This document shows, piece by piece, positions 12,949 through 23,980 of a DNA stretch of 62,606 nt (the stretch's first letter is position 1; every line of letters begins with the position of its first letter). The notes below the pieces were generated by a model. It did not search any database, had not been told where the DNA came from, and was given only the letters and a program-made list of their open reading frames with translations. A program made the translations under genes and the position numbers. The stretch comes from Chara braunii (lineage: Eukaryota; Plantae; Charophyceae), in NCBI GenBank assembly GCA_003427395.1, contig BFEA01000007.1:5739498-5802103 (forward strand). The letters are read 5' to 3'.

Positions 12949-15790
12949 TGTGACGCGCAACCTCACCCCCTGTGCTGTCTTCCGTTCGGAGTGTTAGGCA
13001 TGCGGAAAGAGGCCCAGAAAAACAGCAAGATGGGGTGTGCCAAGGATTTTTGGAAATTGAGTGTGGGGACACAGATGGAACTGAAATCCCCCGTGTTGGT
13101 CCGATGAAGCAAGTCGATTGCTTTCGCGCGTCGTGGGATGCGCGCGCGGGCACGGCGCGGAAAGAGAACGATTCAAATTAAATCCAAAAAGTACTGTCGA
13201 GCTTCCCACCGGGCTACAGCCCGTCGTTTAGAACGGAAAGGCTTTGGCACGCTTCGCGTGTCTCATTTTCGTATCAAATCTCGTTGTCGTTCACTAGTCA
13301 GTTCCGAGTCTGACGTGGATGGTCTCAGTCGCGTGGCCCTTTCTTTATGCTCGTCTTCACTCCGCACACGGTAGTGGAAACCCCTGGACTCGTAGCGCTC
13401 AAAACGCTGACATTCGGTGCACAGAGTGCGCGGCCAGTGGGGTTCTACTGCCGTCCACGGGATGATGATCAACTCATTGAATGATAACAATACCGAGTAA
13501 GGTGGGAAGTGTGTATCGATAATGACAAACCCAGCCTCTACGAACCCTGAACAGCGGTTGGCCAGAGGGAAGTAATATCGCCCGCCGATTTGTGCGACAG
13601 CTTCTCGTACGTCCCACTCACATACACGTGTCCTTCCCTCGTTATACGGAAAAGGCCGTGTTGGAACGGGAGGTACGGAAGGCTGGTGCCCGATCGGAGG
13701 GTACTGGTCAGTCCACATGTTAGTTAATTGTAAATATTTTGCGTCGTCATCCAAAAAAAGAAAACACTCGTGCTACTCATAAACAATTTCCTTCAACACG
13801 AGAGGGAGAGAGAGAGACGCTTCAATCGACTTGATCATGCGTATAACTAAGGGATCGATCCGCAGCTCAGGTTTAGTGAGCCAACGCGACCTTAATCCCA
13901 GGCGCCTTGTTTCTCGAGGCCGCCTCGTGATTTGGCTTGCTGATGTCGGAGCATAAGGCAGATGGCATGTGCAGTGCACTCAAAACCACAAATCTAAACA
14001 ATCTTGCATTCTCGGACAAAATCCCGACGACAATCGTCTAATCAACGCAAAAGAGACACGCATCTCCATATATTCATTCACTGTGGAAGATGCGAAAAAT
14101 GAGTCATGCACAGGAAAAAAGATGGATTGCTCACACTGTACACACGCATCCACCGTTTACAAGACAAAAAGACAGGGTCCTTGCGTAGGAGAACTACCCA
14201 GGAAACTAATGGAAGAGTTTCGAAAGAAGTTCTTTCACACAGAAACAGGATGCCGACTCATTCCCATTCAGGAGAGGGACAATCATTCAGACGCANNNNN
14301 NNNNNNNNNNNNNNNNNNNNNNNNNNNNNNNNNNNNNNNNNNNNNNNNNNNNNNNNNNNNNNNNNNNNNNNNNNNNNNNNNNNNNNNNNNNNNNNNNNNN
14401 NNNNNNNNNNNNNNNNNNNNNNNNNNNNNNNNNNNNNNNNNNNNNNNNNNNNNNNNNNNNNNNNNNNNNNNNNNNNNNNNNNNNNNNNNNNNNNNNNNNN
14501 NNNNNNNNNNNNNNNNNNNNNNNNNNNNNNNNNNNNNNNNNNNNNNNNNNNNNNNNNNNNNNNNNNNNNNNNNNNNNNNNNNNNNNNNNNNNNNNNNNNN
14601 NNNNNNNNNNNNNNNNNNNNNNNNNNNNNNNNNNNNNNNNNNNNNNNNNNNNNNNNNNNNNNNNNNNNNNNNNNNNNNNNNNNNNNNNNNNNNNNNNNNN
14701 NNNNNNNNNNNNNNNNNNNNNNNNNNNNNNNNNNNNNNNNNNNNNNNNNNNNNNNNNNNNNNNNNNNNNNNNNNNNNNNNNNNNNNNNNNNNNNNNNNNN
14801 NNNNNNNNNNNNNNNNNNNNNNNNNNNNNNNNNNNNNNNNNNNNNNNNNNNNNNNNNNNNNNNNNNNNNNNNNNNNNNNNNNNNNNNNNNNNNNNNNNNN
14901 NNNNNNNNNNNNNNNNNNNNNNNNNNNNNNNNNNNNNNNNNNNNNNNNNNNNNNNNNNNNNNNNNNNNNNNNNNNNNNNNNNNNNNNNNNNNNNNNNNNN
15001 NNNNNNNNNNNNNNNNNNNNNNNNNNNNNNNNNNNNNNNNNNNNNNNNNNNNNNNNNNNNNNNNNNNNNNNNNNNNNNNNNNNNNNNNNNCGACCGGGCG
15101 TCGTGCGCCAGGCTCAGAGGGTGAGAAGAGAAAAGGCGCGAGAAGTAGCGCAAGACGGGTCCAAGATTCAGATGATCAAGAAAGGCAAATGGGCGCGCAA
15201 AAAAGCAAGGCGGGAGAGAGAGAGAGAGAAGGAAAACAGTTACGGGGAGAGAGAAAAAGGAGGGAGAAGGGAAGGGAGGCGCGGGAGGGAGCGATGCGGG
15301 GGACAGAGAGGAGAAAGCTCTGCATACGCGGCGCCGTCGACAAAAAGAAAGAAAAAGGCACCGAAACAGTTACGGCTTGCTTCTATCCTAATTCAAAAAT
15401 TGAAATCACCATATCCGTGCGCAAAAGGCGACGCGGGAAAAGAAAATCCTACGCCTATTCGTATTCACGCAAAATTCCGAGAGTTTTCCCCGACGCGCCC
15501 AAGAACATACACACTCGAAATGGACACTTCGAAGTTCCGCTTGTCCCGGAATTGCCAACTGCCGAGCCCAATTCCCAGTGCGCTCGCTAAGGCGCACATA
15601 AATTCCCATGTATTTCCCGATTTTGCAAAAAGGAAAAACAGAACCCAGAAGTCGAAAAAGCTTTCAGAAAAAAATGAAAATGCGGCATCCGAAAACAAGG
15701 AATCGAAACAGGGTCTTTCTGGGGTTGGTATGATACAAGCAAAAGAAGGGGTACGAAAGACGGCACGGGTTCAGGAAGTGGTTCGTCACA
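12949..15790 (-). repeat. Element A 3' LTR (TGTGACG...CGTCACA), contains an N gap
   Basis: High similarity to 23981-26616 plus 28289-28528; terminal inverted repeat. Confidence 0.92.
13263..13754 (-). CDS. LTR-encoded ORF of unknown function (163 aa; TTG start in the ORF track, first ATG at MWTDQY)
   Basis: Protein-like composition; second copy at 24347-24769 frameshifted by a small deletion. Confidence 0.4.
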   Translation of the reverse strand: MDDDAKYLQLTNMWTDQYPPIGHQPSVPPVPTRPFPYNEGRTRVCEWDVREAVAQIGGRYYFPLANRCSGFVEAGFVIIDTHFPPYSVLLSFNELIIIPWTAVEPHWPRTLCTECQRFERYESRGFHYRVRSEDEHKERATRLRPSTSDSELTSERQRDLIRK

Positions 15791-16199
15791 TATGTGACGC
15801 GCAGGGGGTTCCAAAATTATGTGATCTCCTGATTGCATGTCATGGCGGAGGAGGAAAGAGAAGGGGGAGAACAGAGTGATGCATGAGGAACCAAACACAT
15901 CCATCAGAGCTCCAGAAAGAAGCACAAGGAGTGGTAACTGAGGCGTGAATGAGATGGCGACAACATCCGTGGCAAGATCTTCGCGGCCCTGTCATATGCA
16001 ACCCCCTGCCCTGTAGAGATCGTCCAGGTGACGCCATCACAGTCCACCTGATCTCCGTGTGCTCTGCACCCCAACTCGTTGCTGCCCGTCGAATCAGAGC
16101 GTAGGTTGACGTCATCGTCGATGGCAGGATCTTCGTGAAGCTTACTGATTCGTGCCGATGAGGAGAGGGGGGGGGGGGTTATGTGATTGGGGCCTACCG

Positions 16200-18211
16200 C
16201 CTAGTTGGAATAGGCGAGTAGAGACGGTACATGGAGGGGATCTCGCGGGGATGACGGGGAGGAAGTGGGGGTAGGAAGCGATTCATCCCTTCCATCGTCA
16301 CCGGGAGCTCCTCATATCGGATGATCCGGTGGAAGTGGGGGAAATGATCGCCGTTGCGGGGAAGGGAAGCGAGGTAGTCGCGATAGAAGGAGGAGAGAGT
16401 GCGAAAGAGCGCCGCTCAAAAAATCTCGAAGTGGCGGCAAGCGGGGATTGTCCCCGTGGCGACGCAGTAAACCTCTACCACGTTGCATTGCTCCCATGCA
16501 GCGCTGAACAGCAGAAGATGCCAGCAGAACGTGGGGGCAGCGGATTGAAGGGAGGTGTGGGGATGGACGGTGGCGAGTAGACGGGTAGAATAGAAGTCGC
16601 AGAAGAGATGGGGATGGAAAGGATGGGAAGGGAAGGTGACGGGGGTACGGATCTGCTCGAGGGTGAGGAAATCAAGGGGTCGGCGGGACAGCGTCCGAGG
16701 ACGAAGGCCTATCGCCCGCATTGGTACGTGGGCGAACTGGGGGACGGGTGTGGCTGGAGGAGGAGGGGGATCGGCTCCGTCTCCGTAGCGCGGTACTTGA
16801 GGTGGCGGCTGCAGGGTCGCCATCTTCGGGCTTTGGCGGCTCCGGATCCCTGGTTGGATCGTTACCGATGCGCAGGCTAGCTTGGCTGGCGAACTCTAGC
16901 TGGCGCTTCCCGGTGGTAATTTCTTCGCGCTTTCGTGCCGCTTCCGGATCTTCCGCCTCCGTTCCCGTGCGCGTCGCTTCCTCCGGCAAGGCTTCCCACT
17001 CAGACCCGGTTCCTTCTTCTTCCTCTTCCTCCTCACTCAGCTCGCCCTCGCTATGTTCACTGTAGCTTCCCTCCTCCGATGTTTCCTCGTCGTCGTCTTC
17101 TTCTTCGTCGTCGTCGTCGATCACCACTTCCTCTGCCCTCGGATAGAAGGCGTGAGGGATGATCTCGTACGGCGTCAGATACTCCTGCCACGATGGTAGC
17201 GTATCCTCGTCCCTAGGTTCCTCCAAGCACGCAGTCCACTAAAGGTACGGGTCCAATGATCGCTCAAAAATAAGTGGAGCAGGACTGTCGTCACTCTGAA
17301 AATAGATGTCGGGCGAGAGATCGTCCGCCAATTGCACGATCGGTGCGATGAGCTCCTGCGCAATCAGGTGGCGTCGACCCGACTGTACTGATCCGAAGAG
17401 AAAGCCAAGAAGATCTCCTTCCACATTAGTCCTCCAAGCCTGTATGATCAGCAGCTCCGGATTCTCGATCCACATGGGATGCTCGCTAGTGCCCGTCCAC
17501 GTCACCTGTACTCTGGCCAAGCAGAAAGACAGCTCCTTAAACGTTTCGCGCCACAACCGCCAATGTCCAGGATTGATAAGAGGGACTGAAAGAGGCTCGA
17601 CGAGAAAGAAAAAGAAGGGTGAAGATCGGATTGCCAGAAGGTGGGGAAGAAAGAGGGGAGACCAAAGATAGAGAGAGGAGCGAGGAGATGGGCGTGGTTC
17701 ATTAGGGATGTGGAAAGGGGACGAGGGTTGGGATTGCAACTGGGCGCTCGTGCGGTGATCGGCGAATATTGTCTAGATCCGGTGTAAAGATCGGGATGAG
17801 GTTATACCCTTGTCGGGCGAGGACGTGCTGCCACACGTTGGACACTTTCTCCGTCCACTCGCGCAGCGAGGTCAAGATCGCGGTATGCCACAACAGATTG
17901 ACCTAGCTTATGTCGCCGCTGAATGCCGCCACCGTGGTGACGTGGCTCGTTTTGGGACCCGCTCGCCGATGAACTGTAGTTACCTCCGCGAATATTACTG
18001 TGTGAGGACTTCCTTCGATTCGAAATGCGTTGGCGGCACAGATACCTTCGTCGCAGAAGAATCGTATCAGACGCCGAAGATCCGCATTGAGCCGAGGGTG
18101 ACAAACTTGCCGAATCTCTGAGATGTGGCCACGTGGCTGCAACAGTTGTGCATCAAGAACCCGCTCCGTGATAAAACTCATGGCGAGGTGGGAGAAGAGG
18201 ACGAAGGACAA
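16200..18211 (-). pseudogene. Element A accessory ORF cassette downstream of integrase (fragments 18211-17702, 17739-16672 with an acidic tract, 16823 to about 16200)
   Basis: Consecutive sense-strand ORF pieces interrupted by single stops; no recognisable domain. Confidence 0.5.
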
Positions 18212-18349
18212 GAGGGAGAAAGAGGGGAGAGAGTTAGATCGTCGTCGTTCTCCTCGCTTTCCGAGGAAGAAGAGGGAGGAAGATCAGAAGGAGGAAGAAA
18301 ACGGAGGTAGGAGGTATGTCGTACGATGGGGACAGAGCTGTGGCTGGCA

Positions 18350-19530
18350 CTAGCTTCAGGCGCGATGCGCACTGTGTTGGCGTCGTTGGGTCCGAGTTTG
18401 ACAATGCGAAAACAGCCAGAGAACTTGGGAGCGAGTTTCCGGTCGCATGCACATTTACGTACCTGCACTAGCTCCCCTAATTTATATTGGTACTGGGGCC
18501 CAACATTTCCATTCCGGGCCTCGTAGCTACGGACATGTCTACTGTGGGCCAGTTCGGTCATCCTTTCCCTTTTCCGGGCTAGCTTCGGGACGGCCCGTTC
18601 CATTAACTCAGTGTACCTTTTGGCCTTGGCCTTGAGAGCTGCACGCGTGTCTCTACCCCGTGCTTCGACGATTTTCGAATTACCCCGGTAATCGACACAG
18701 GGGAGGCTATTAGTTCGAAGCTGAAAGGGGGTAAACCCTGTAGACCCCGGTGGATTCCGACGATTTGATATACGATCTCGGGCCAAGGACGCGTGTCGTG
18801 TGCCGCTAAGTTCCTGCGAAGGGCGGTTTTAATCATACGATTGACATTCTTGTCCAACCCGTTCGATTGGGATACGCGGGGTGCCATATGTCGGAGTGTG
18901 ACGCCCCTTCGCGCAAGCAGTTCTTCTACCTCACCTTTGAATTCCGACCAATTGTCGGTTAAAATTTCTTCCGTATCTAGATGGGTATAGAGGAATCGTT
19001 CGATGTACGTGGCTATTTTTGCGGTCTTTCGGGTTTTGCATACTAACTCGCTGGAAAGGACGCTCTACTTCCGTTGGTACGATCGTGTTTGGTCCCCGTA
19101 TAGGGGCGCGATCAGTGGTAGAAACTAGACAGTTAGAGACACTGTACTTGACGCCATCTCGTATATTGGACCAGAATCATCGGTTCTGATCTACAGTTCC
19201 TTCCGTGACACGTATCGCGAAATGAGTGGCCTGTTTTTCGTGAGCAGATCGGATCCAGTCATATCTCTGGAATGGATGGGGAACCGTCAACCACGAGCCC
19301 GATCCGTCAGTTTTACGCTTTTCCAAATGACCGTTGATCCATCGATAGTCCCGAGATCTCTCGGTTGCCCTACGTCTATCGTGTTTGGTGAGGTGGCCCA
19401 ATGATAATCCCGCTAATTTTGCTAATAAAATTTTATCCGTCCAAACCTCCGCTTATCGGTATTTTTCGTCGTATTCAGGGTCGTCCGTACGGGCGGCCTC
19501 GAACCGAACCTCCGTGGGGAGCTTGTTTAT
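18350..19530 (-). pseudogene. Element A DDE integrase (HHCC, core, GPY/F), degenerate
   Basis: RSAHEKQATHF (His pair), QSNGLDKNVNRMIK core helix, TGFTPFQL, KLAPKFSGCFRIV. Confidence 0.88.
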
Positions 19531-19791
19531 TCAACACAGGGGGCACCTCCATTCCTTGCTACTCGTCCGATATCGAACGCAGGCCCCGTGCGCACGGTTG
19601 ACACACGTGGCACATTCTACCCAATCGACAAATCCGGTCTCGAAGGGATGACAGTCGACCCCATAAACCCGTGCAATACACGTGCAAAAATAACAGAATT
19701 TATCGGGAAGGGTGACGAAGAAAGCGGAGGACGTGAGAGGGGCAGAATCAGTAGGAGATGAAGGGGTTGCGGAGGTGAGTGGGGTAGTCAT
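19531..19791 (-). CDS. PHD-type zinc finger in frame with the integrase N terminus
   Basis: YFCTC..DWVECATCVNRAHGACV..KEWRCPLC matches the C4HC3 PHD pattern; same frame as ORF 19177-19401. Confidence 0.8.
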   Translation of the reverse strand: MTTPLTSATPSSPTDSAPLTSSAFFVTLPDKFCYFCTCIARVYGVDCHPFETGFVDWVECATCVNRAHGACVRYRTSSKEWRCPLC

Positions 19792-19885
19792 GATGACAAA
19801 GGAGGAGAGATGAGACTGACTTGTGGAGGGAGTAGAACAGACAAATTAGTTCTCGTGCCACTTACTGCTTCGACAAAATCTCCAC

Positions 19886-20370
19886 TTAGCCGTACCGGGG
19901 TCCAACCTCCTGTTTAGGTTCGTTCCACGGAATCACCTCCTCATTCTTCGGAACCTTCTTAGGCCGGTGCAGCCGTGTCAGTCCGTCTGCATTCCCGTGT
20001 CTCTCGTGCTTCCGATGACGAATGTCAAAGTCCATGCTCTGCAGCACCGTTGCCCATCGCCCGATCATGCCCGAGTAATCCTTCGACTTCTTCAGAGCCA
20101 ATAGGGGCTCATGATCAGTCACCAGGGTGAATTTTCGTCCGTACAGGTAAGCACGAAAGTGACTGATTCCCCAGAGAGCCGCACAACATTCACCCGTTGG
20201 AGCTGCGTAGTTGCGCTTGCAGGCGGGCACTGATTTGGACGCACACTCTCGAGTCCGCTTGGTCCCACCTGGGCAAGGATCGCCGAAATCGCCTCTGGCT
20301 GCCAGTCAGTGATGAAAACAAAAGGTTTTTCGGGATCCGGTCTTATAAGGACCGAAGCCGAAATGAGAGC
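19886..20370 (-). pseudogene. Element A RNase H
   Basis: KPFVFITD, RNYAAPTGECCAALWGISHFRAYLYGRKFTLVTDHEPL, HGNADGLTR. Confidence 0.92.
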
Positions 20371-20409
20371 GGCCTTGAGTGTGGAAAACGCTTGATCGCA
20401 TTCCGGCGT

Positions 20410-21312
20410 TCAGATCAACGGCTGATCCTTGCGCAACAGGTTTGTGAGGGGTCCCGCAATCGCCGTGAAGCCCTTGATAAATCTTCGGTAGTACAAGGCT
20501 AGGCCCAAAAAGGCGCGAACTTGCGTGATAGTCGTAGGCACCGGCGCGTCCCTGACAGCTGCCACCTTCTGCGGTTCCGGTTGGAGTCCCTTGTCTGTCA
20601 CCACGTACCCTAGGAAGGAAATGGTGGTGAGGAAAAACTGACACTTCTCAAGCGCCACCTTGAAGCCCGCATCTCGTAACGCGTGTAGTGCCTATTCGAT
20701 GTGCTGCACGTGTCCCTCGTAGGAACTCGAGTACACCAAGATGTCATCCATGTACACGATCACGCAGTAGTTGATGATGCTCTGTGCCAAACGAGTCTTC
20801 CGTACAAAATTCTGAAAAGTCATGTTCATGGCCCGCTGAAAGGTCGCGGGGGCATTACAGATACCCATCGGACATCGAATCCACTGCCACGTACCCTCGA
20901 AAAGTACAAACGCCGTTTTCGAACGATCTTCTTCTCGAACAAGAAGATGATGGAACCCATGGCGGACATCAAACTTGCTGAAAAATCGAGCACTCCCAAT
21001 CAAATCCAACAATTCATCAATCCGGGGAAGAGGGTACACATCTTTAATTGTGATATCATTCAATTTTCGATAATCAATACAAATACGAATCCCTCCGTCT
21101 TTTTTAGGCACGATCACTACAGGAAAAAACCATGGATCTATAACGGGTTCGATCCATCCATTAGCTTCGAACTCCTTAATCCGCTGAAAAGCAGCCGCTC
21201 TTTGAGCTGGTGAGTATCGGTAGGGAGCGCAGCTAATGGGCGGATGATCTCCCGTGAGAATGGCATGCTCGATCACATTAGTTAAGCCGATGTCGTTATC
21301 GTGTATGCTCAA
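20410..21312 (-). pseudogene. Element A reverse transcriptase
   Basis: VPKKDGGIRICIDYRKLN, PMGICNAPATFQ, VYMDDILVYS, SFLGYVV; one in-frame stop. Confidence 0.95.
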
Positions 21313-22215
21313 TACTTCTGCTTAGCCATTTAACACACGAATTAACGATTTTTGAAGTTCTGCGGGAACGTGACTCAGGAGGGGGATTGTCGATTCCCCG
21401 GGAATCTTGAGGGGCATATCGACCCAATCAATCGGCCGTTCCCGCCGTTCACCGACACTAGAGAAAACGGAACTACTGGTGCGAACAAAGAAGACAGTTG
21501 CTATCATCTAGGACTCAGCGGGGCTAATCATCTCCGTTTCTTTAGTTTCAGCGTCGGTCTCTAAACCAACCGAGGTCGGTTCTACAATTAGCCCTGTTAG
21601 ATCCGTCATTTCTTTCATCAGATTAAGTATGTCACTTACTGGTGCTTCCGCCTCTTGTTTAATCAAGGCGATGGTGGCGGCTGTCGTTAGTAACGATCCG
21701 GGCGGAAAAACAGAGACATCCAAATACTGTTCCGTTTGTTGATAACGCGTTCGTAAGGAAAGAGTTCCCTCGTATAAGGTGCGAGGGGGTTCCAAATCAT
21801 CAGCCAGGTCGGAAACTTGTAATAGGGGTTCCCTGAGGAGGACTGAAGGACTGACCTGGATTGTTAGAGGCGTGAAGGCACTGTCTTTGGCACCCACGTA
21901 GAAGCTTCGAGCAGCGTCGGGGCACACTTGAAATTCTTCGGGTGTTTCATGTTCGAAAAGTTCAACCAGGGGCTTCCATTCATCTTCGCTAGGCAGCTCT
22001 TCTTCGTATTCTTGTTCCCTGATTCCATCACTAATGTCCGAGGGAGAGCACTCCTTAGGATCAATGCATCGAATCATCCCAATTTGGGCCGAGTTAGGGA
22101 CCCGTTTTATCGTTCGGGTGAAAACTCGCAAAGGGACCGTTTGAGGCTTTCCCCCAATTTGCTTGAGCACCAATTGTCTCGAGTCGAAATGCAGACGTGT
22201 GCCTACTGCCATCGC

Positions 22216-22599
22216 CTAAGGTAATCCCAATAACACTGAATAGGAACGTACATCTATTACGAGCGCGTTAACAAGGACGTGTACTCGCCCGACTTTTACA
22301 GCCACGTTCTCGATAATGCCTACGATGTTCATTGCCTCCTCGTCGACAGAGATATAATTGTCTTTGCCAGATTGAGGAAGAATGGATCCCAGTCGTCCCG
22401 TCTTTTTTACAGTATCCAATGATATGGCCACGGCGGAAGACCCTGTGTCAATAAGAGCATTAAACGGCTTGCCCCAAACTTCACAGTCACATTCCGCACT
22501 TTTCCACAATACCGGCCGAGCTCGTACGAAGTGGTCTTTTTCTGCTAAAGAGATCGCTGCTATACGTGCGGCTTCGGGTTCCGGTTCTTTTGTGTGCAA
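22216..22599 (-). pseudogene. Element A aspartic protease, followed by a long PR-RT spacer (22212-21312)
   Basis: ALIDTGSS active site, VLLGLP. Confidence 0.9.
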
Positions 22600-23767
22600 C
22601 TTCCTCGCTTTCTTCTTTCTTCTTCAACATCCGTTGTATGCGTTGATAGGTGAAAGACTTTTGATTTTTCTGGCAATGTTGTAGAAGCTTATTGTTCGCC
22701 ACTTCAGATATGGTGAGCAGATGTCCCATTGGGATGGGCATGCGAATATCTAGTTGCTTGAGCGTTTTCAGTACATCAATGTCTCCTGTCCGAAATTGTG
22801 GTCCAGGATTGGATTTGCGATCGACCCACTCGAGATCATCCGGGACCGATCGGATTGCTCCGATTATACCTGCAAGATGAAGATATTCGAGTGGATCGAC
22901 TATGTCAGCAGCGTCAGAGGAGGAAGCTCCTGATGTCGACGCCATTGTCGTCGCAGGGGAAGGCTGCTCTGGGGCATATGCCACGAGTTTTCTTCCTTGA
23001 TCCGTATCCATTAAAGTGGCCACTCGTCCTTGATTAAGGGCGACGGGGGCCGCTGTAGGGGGAGGCTGATTTCGTTTCGGCTGCGGGCAGTCACGGGCGA
23101 AATGCTCGGGTTGTTTGCAGTTAAAGCATTCGATCTTCCCTGCTGGATTAGCTAGATGAGGGAACTGGGGCGCGAACCCTGGAGCAGGTGGGGCAGGTAA
23201 GAGCGGAAACGATGTAGGGGCAGGCCGAGCAGGTGCCGGGTTAGGCTTAATGAGTCGGCTCATTATCTGTTCCATTCGTTCCATATGAGCGGCCTGCATT
23301 TGGATCAAGTTGCTCATCCATTCAGACTGCTTGGTAGTGGCCGTATGGATCATCTGGGCAAGGTGCAGGTTGGTTACGGCCGGCGAAGGGGGTTCAGATG
23401 AGATTCCACTTCTAACGGCTGCGATCGATTGATTCACCGGGGGAGCGGGAGGAGAACCAGTCGGGATGTCGGAAACGATCCCACCTGGAAGGTCATGGAT
23501 GGGGCGAGGATAAAACCGTTCGACCTCCAGCAACCATGATCGCCTTTTGGCCGTTACATCTCGTATGGTATCTGTAATGTCTTTATCTCCCTGGCTGATA
23601 TATTTTTTTATATCAGCCAGATCCAGTTCCAATGCTTTGGTGATGATAACCGATAACTGGTGCGTTTTTGACGGAACCTTTTTCTGTAATTTCCCTTTCA
23701 GTGTCGGACTTCGTAGGTGGTCGATGAACAAATCTCGAGCGGATGAGCTTCGATAGCTTCTAGCCAT
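22487..23767 (-). CDS. gag: Element A gag with CCHC zinc knuckle
   Basis: CFNCKQPEHFARDC; starts about 200 bp after the PBS. Confidence 0.85.
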   Translation of the reverse strand: MARSYRSSSARDLFIDHLRSPTLKGKLQKKVPSKTHQLSVIITKALELDLADIKKYISQGDKDITDTIRDVTAKRRSWLLEVERFYPRPIHDLPGGIVSDIPTGSPPAPPVNQSIAAVRSGISSEPPSPAVTNLHLAQMIHTATTKQSEWMSNLIQMQAAHMERMEQIMSRLIKPNPAPARPAPTSFPLLPAPPAPGFAPQFPHLANPAGKIECFNCKQPEHFARDCPQPKRNQPPPTAAPVALNQGRVATLMDTDQGRKLVAYAPEQPSPATTMASTSGASSSDAADIVDPLEYLHLAGIIGAIRSVPDDLEWVDRKSNPGPQFRTGDIDVLKTLKQLDIRMPIPMGHLLTISEVANNKLLQHCQKNQKSFTYQRIQRMLKKKEESEEVAHKRTGTRSRTYSSDLFSRKRPLRTSSAGIVEKCGM

Positions 23768-23967
23768 GCCTCGGGATGGGTACGGTTGGGGAAGAAGGGG
23801 AAGGGGTCAGGGATGCTAACGATCACCCTATTACCATCCACCATTGGTACTGCGGGTGCAGCCGCACTAGACTGAGACCTGGTCACTGGGCGATCCCGAC
23901 GAGCTAGTTGAGGGCCTCTCCTACCTCTCACTAGTTCGACTTACTATTATCAGAACCGACACGTGTC

Positions 23968-23980
23968 GGCTCCGATACCA
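23968..23980 (-). promoter_or_regulatory. Element A primer-binding site (tRNA-iMet)
   Basis: Reverse complement TGGTATCGGAGCC abutting the LTR. Confidence 0.88.

Noticed and set aside
13969-15879. Long ORFs of 636, 494 and 288 aa (and equivalents at 25127-26458)
   Set aside because: Artefacts of reading through N gaps inside the LTRs.
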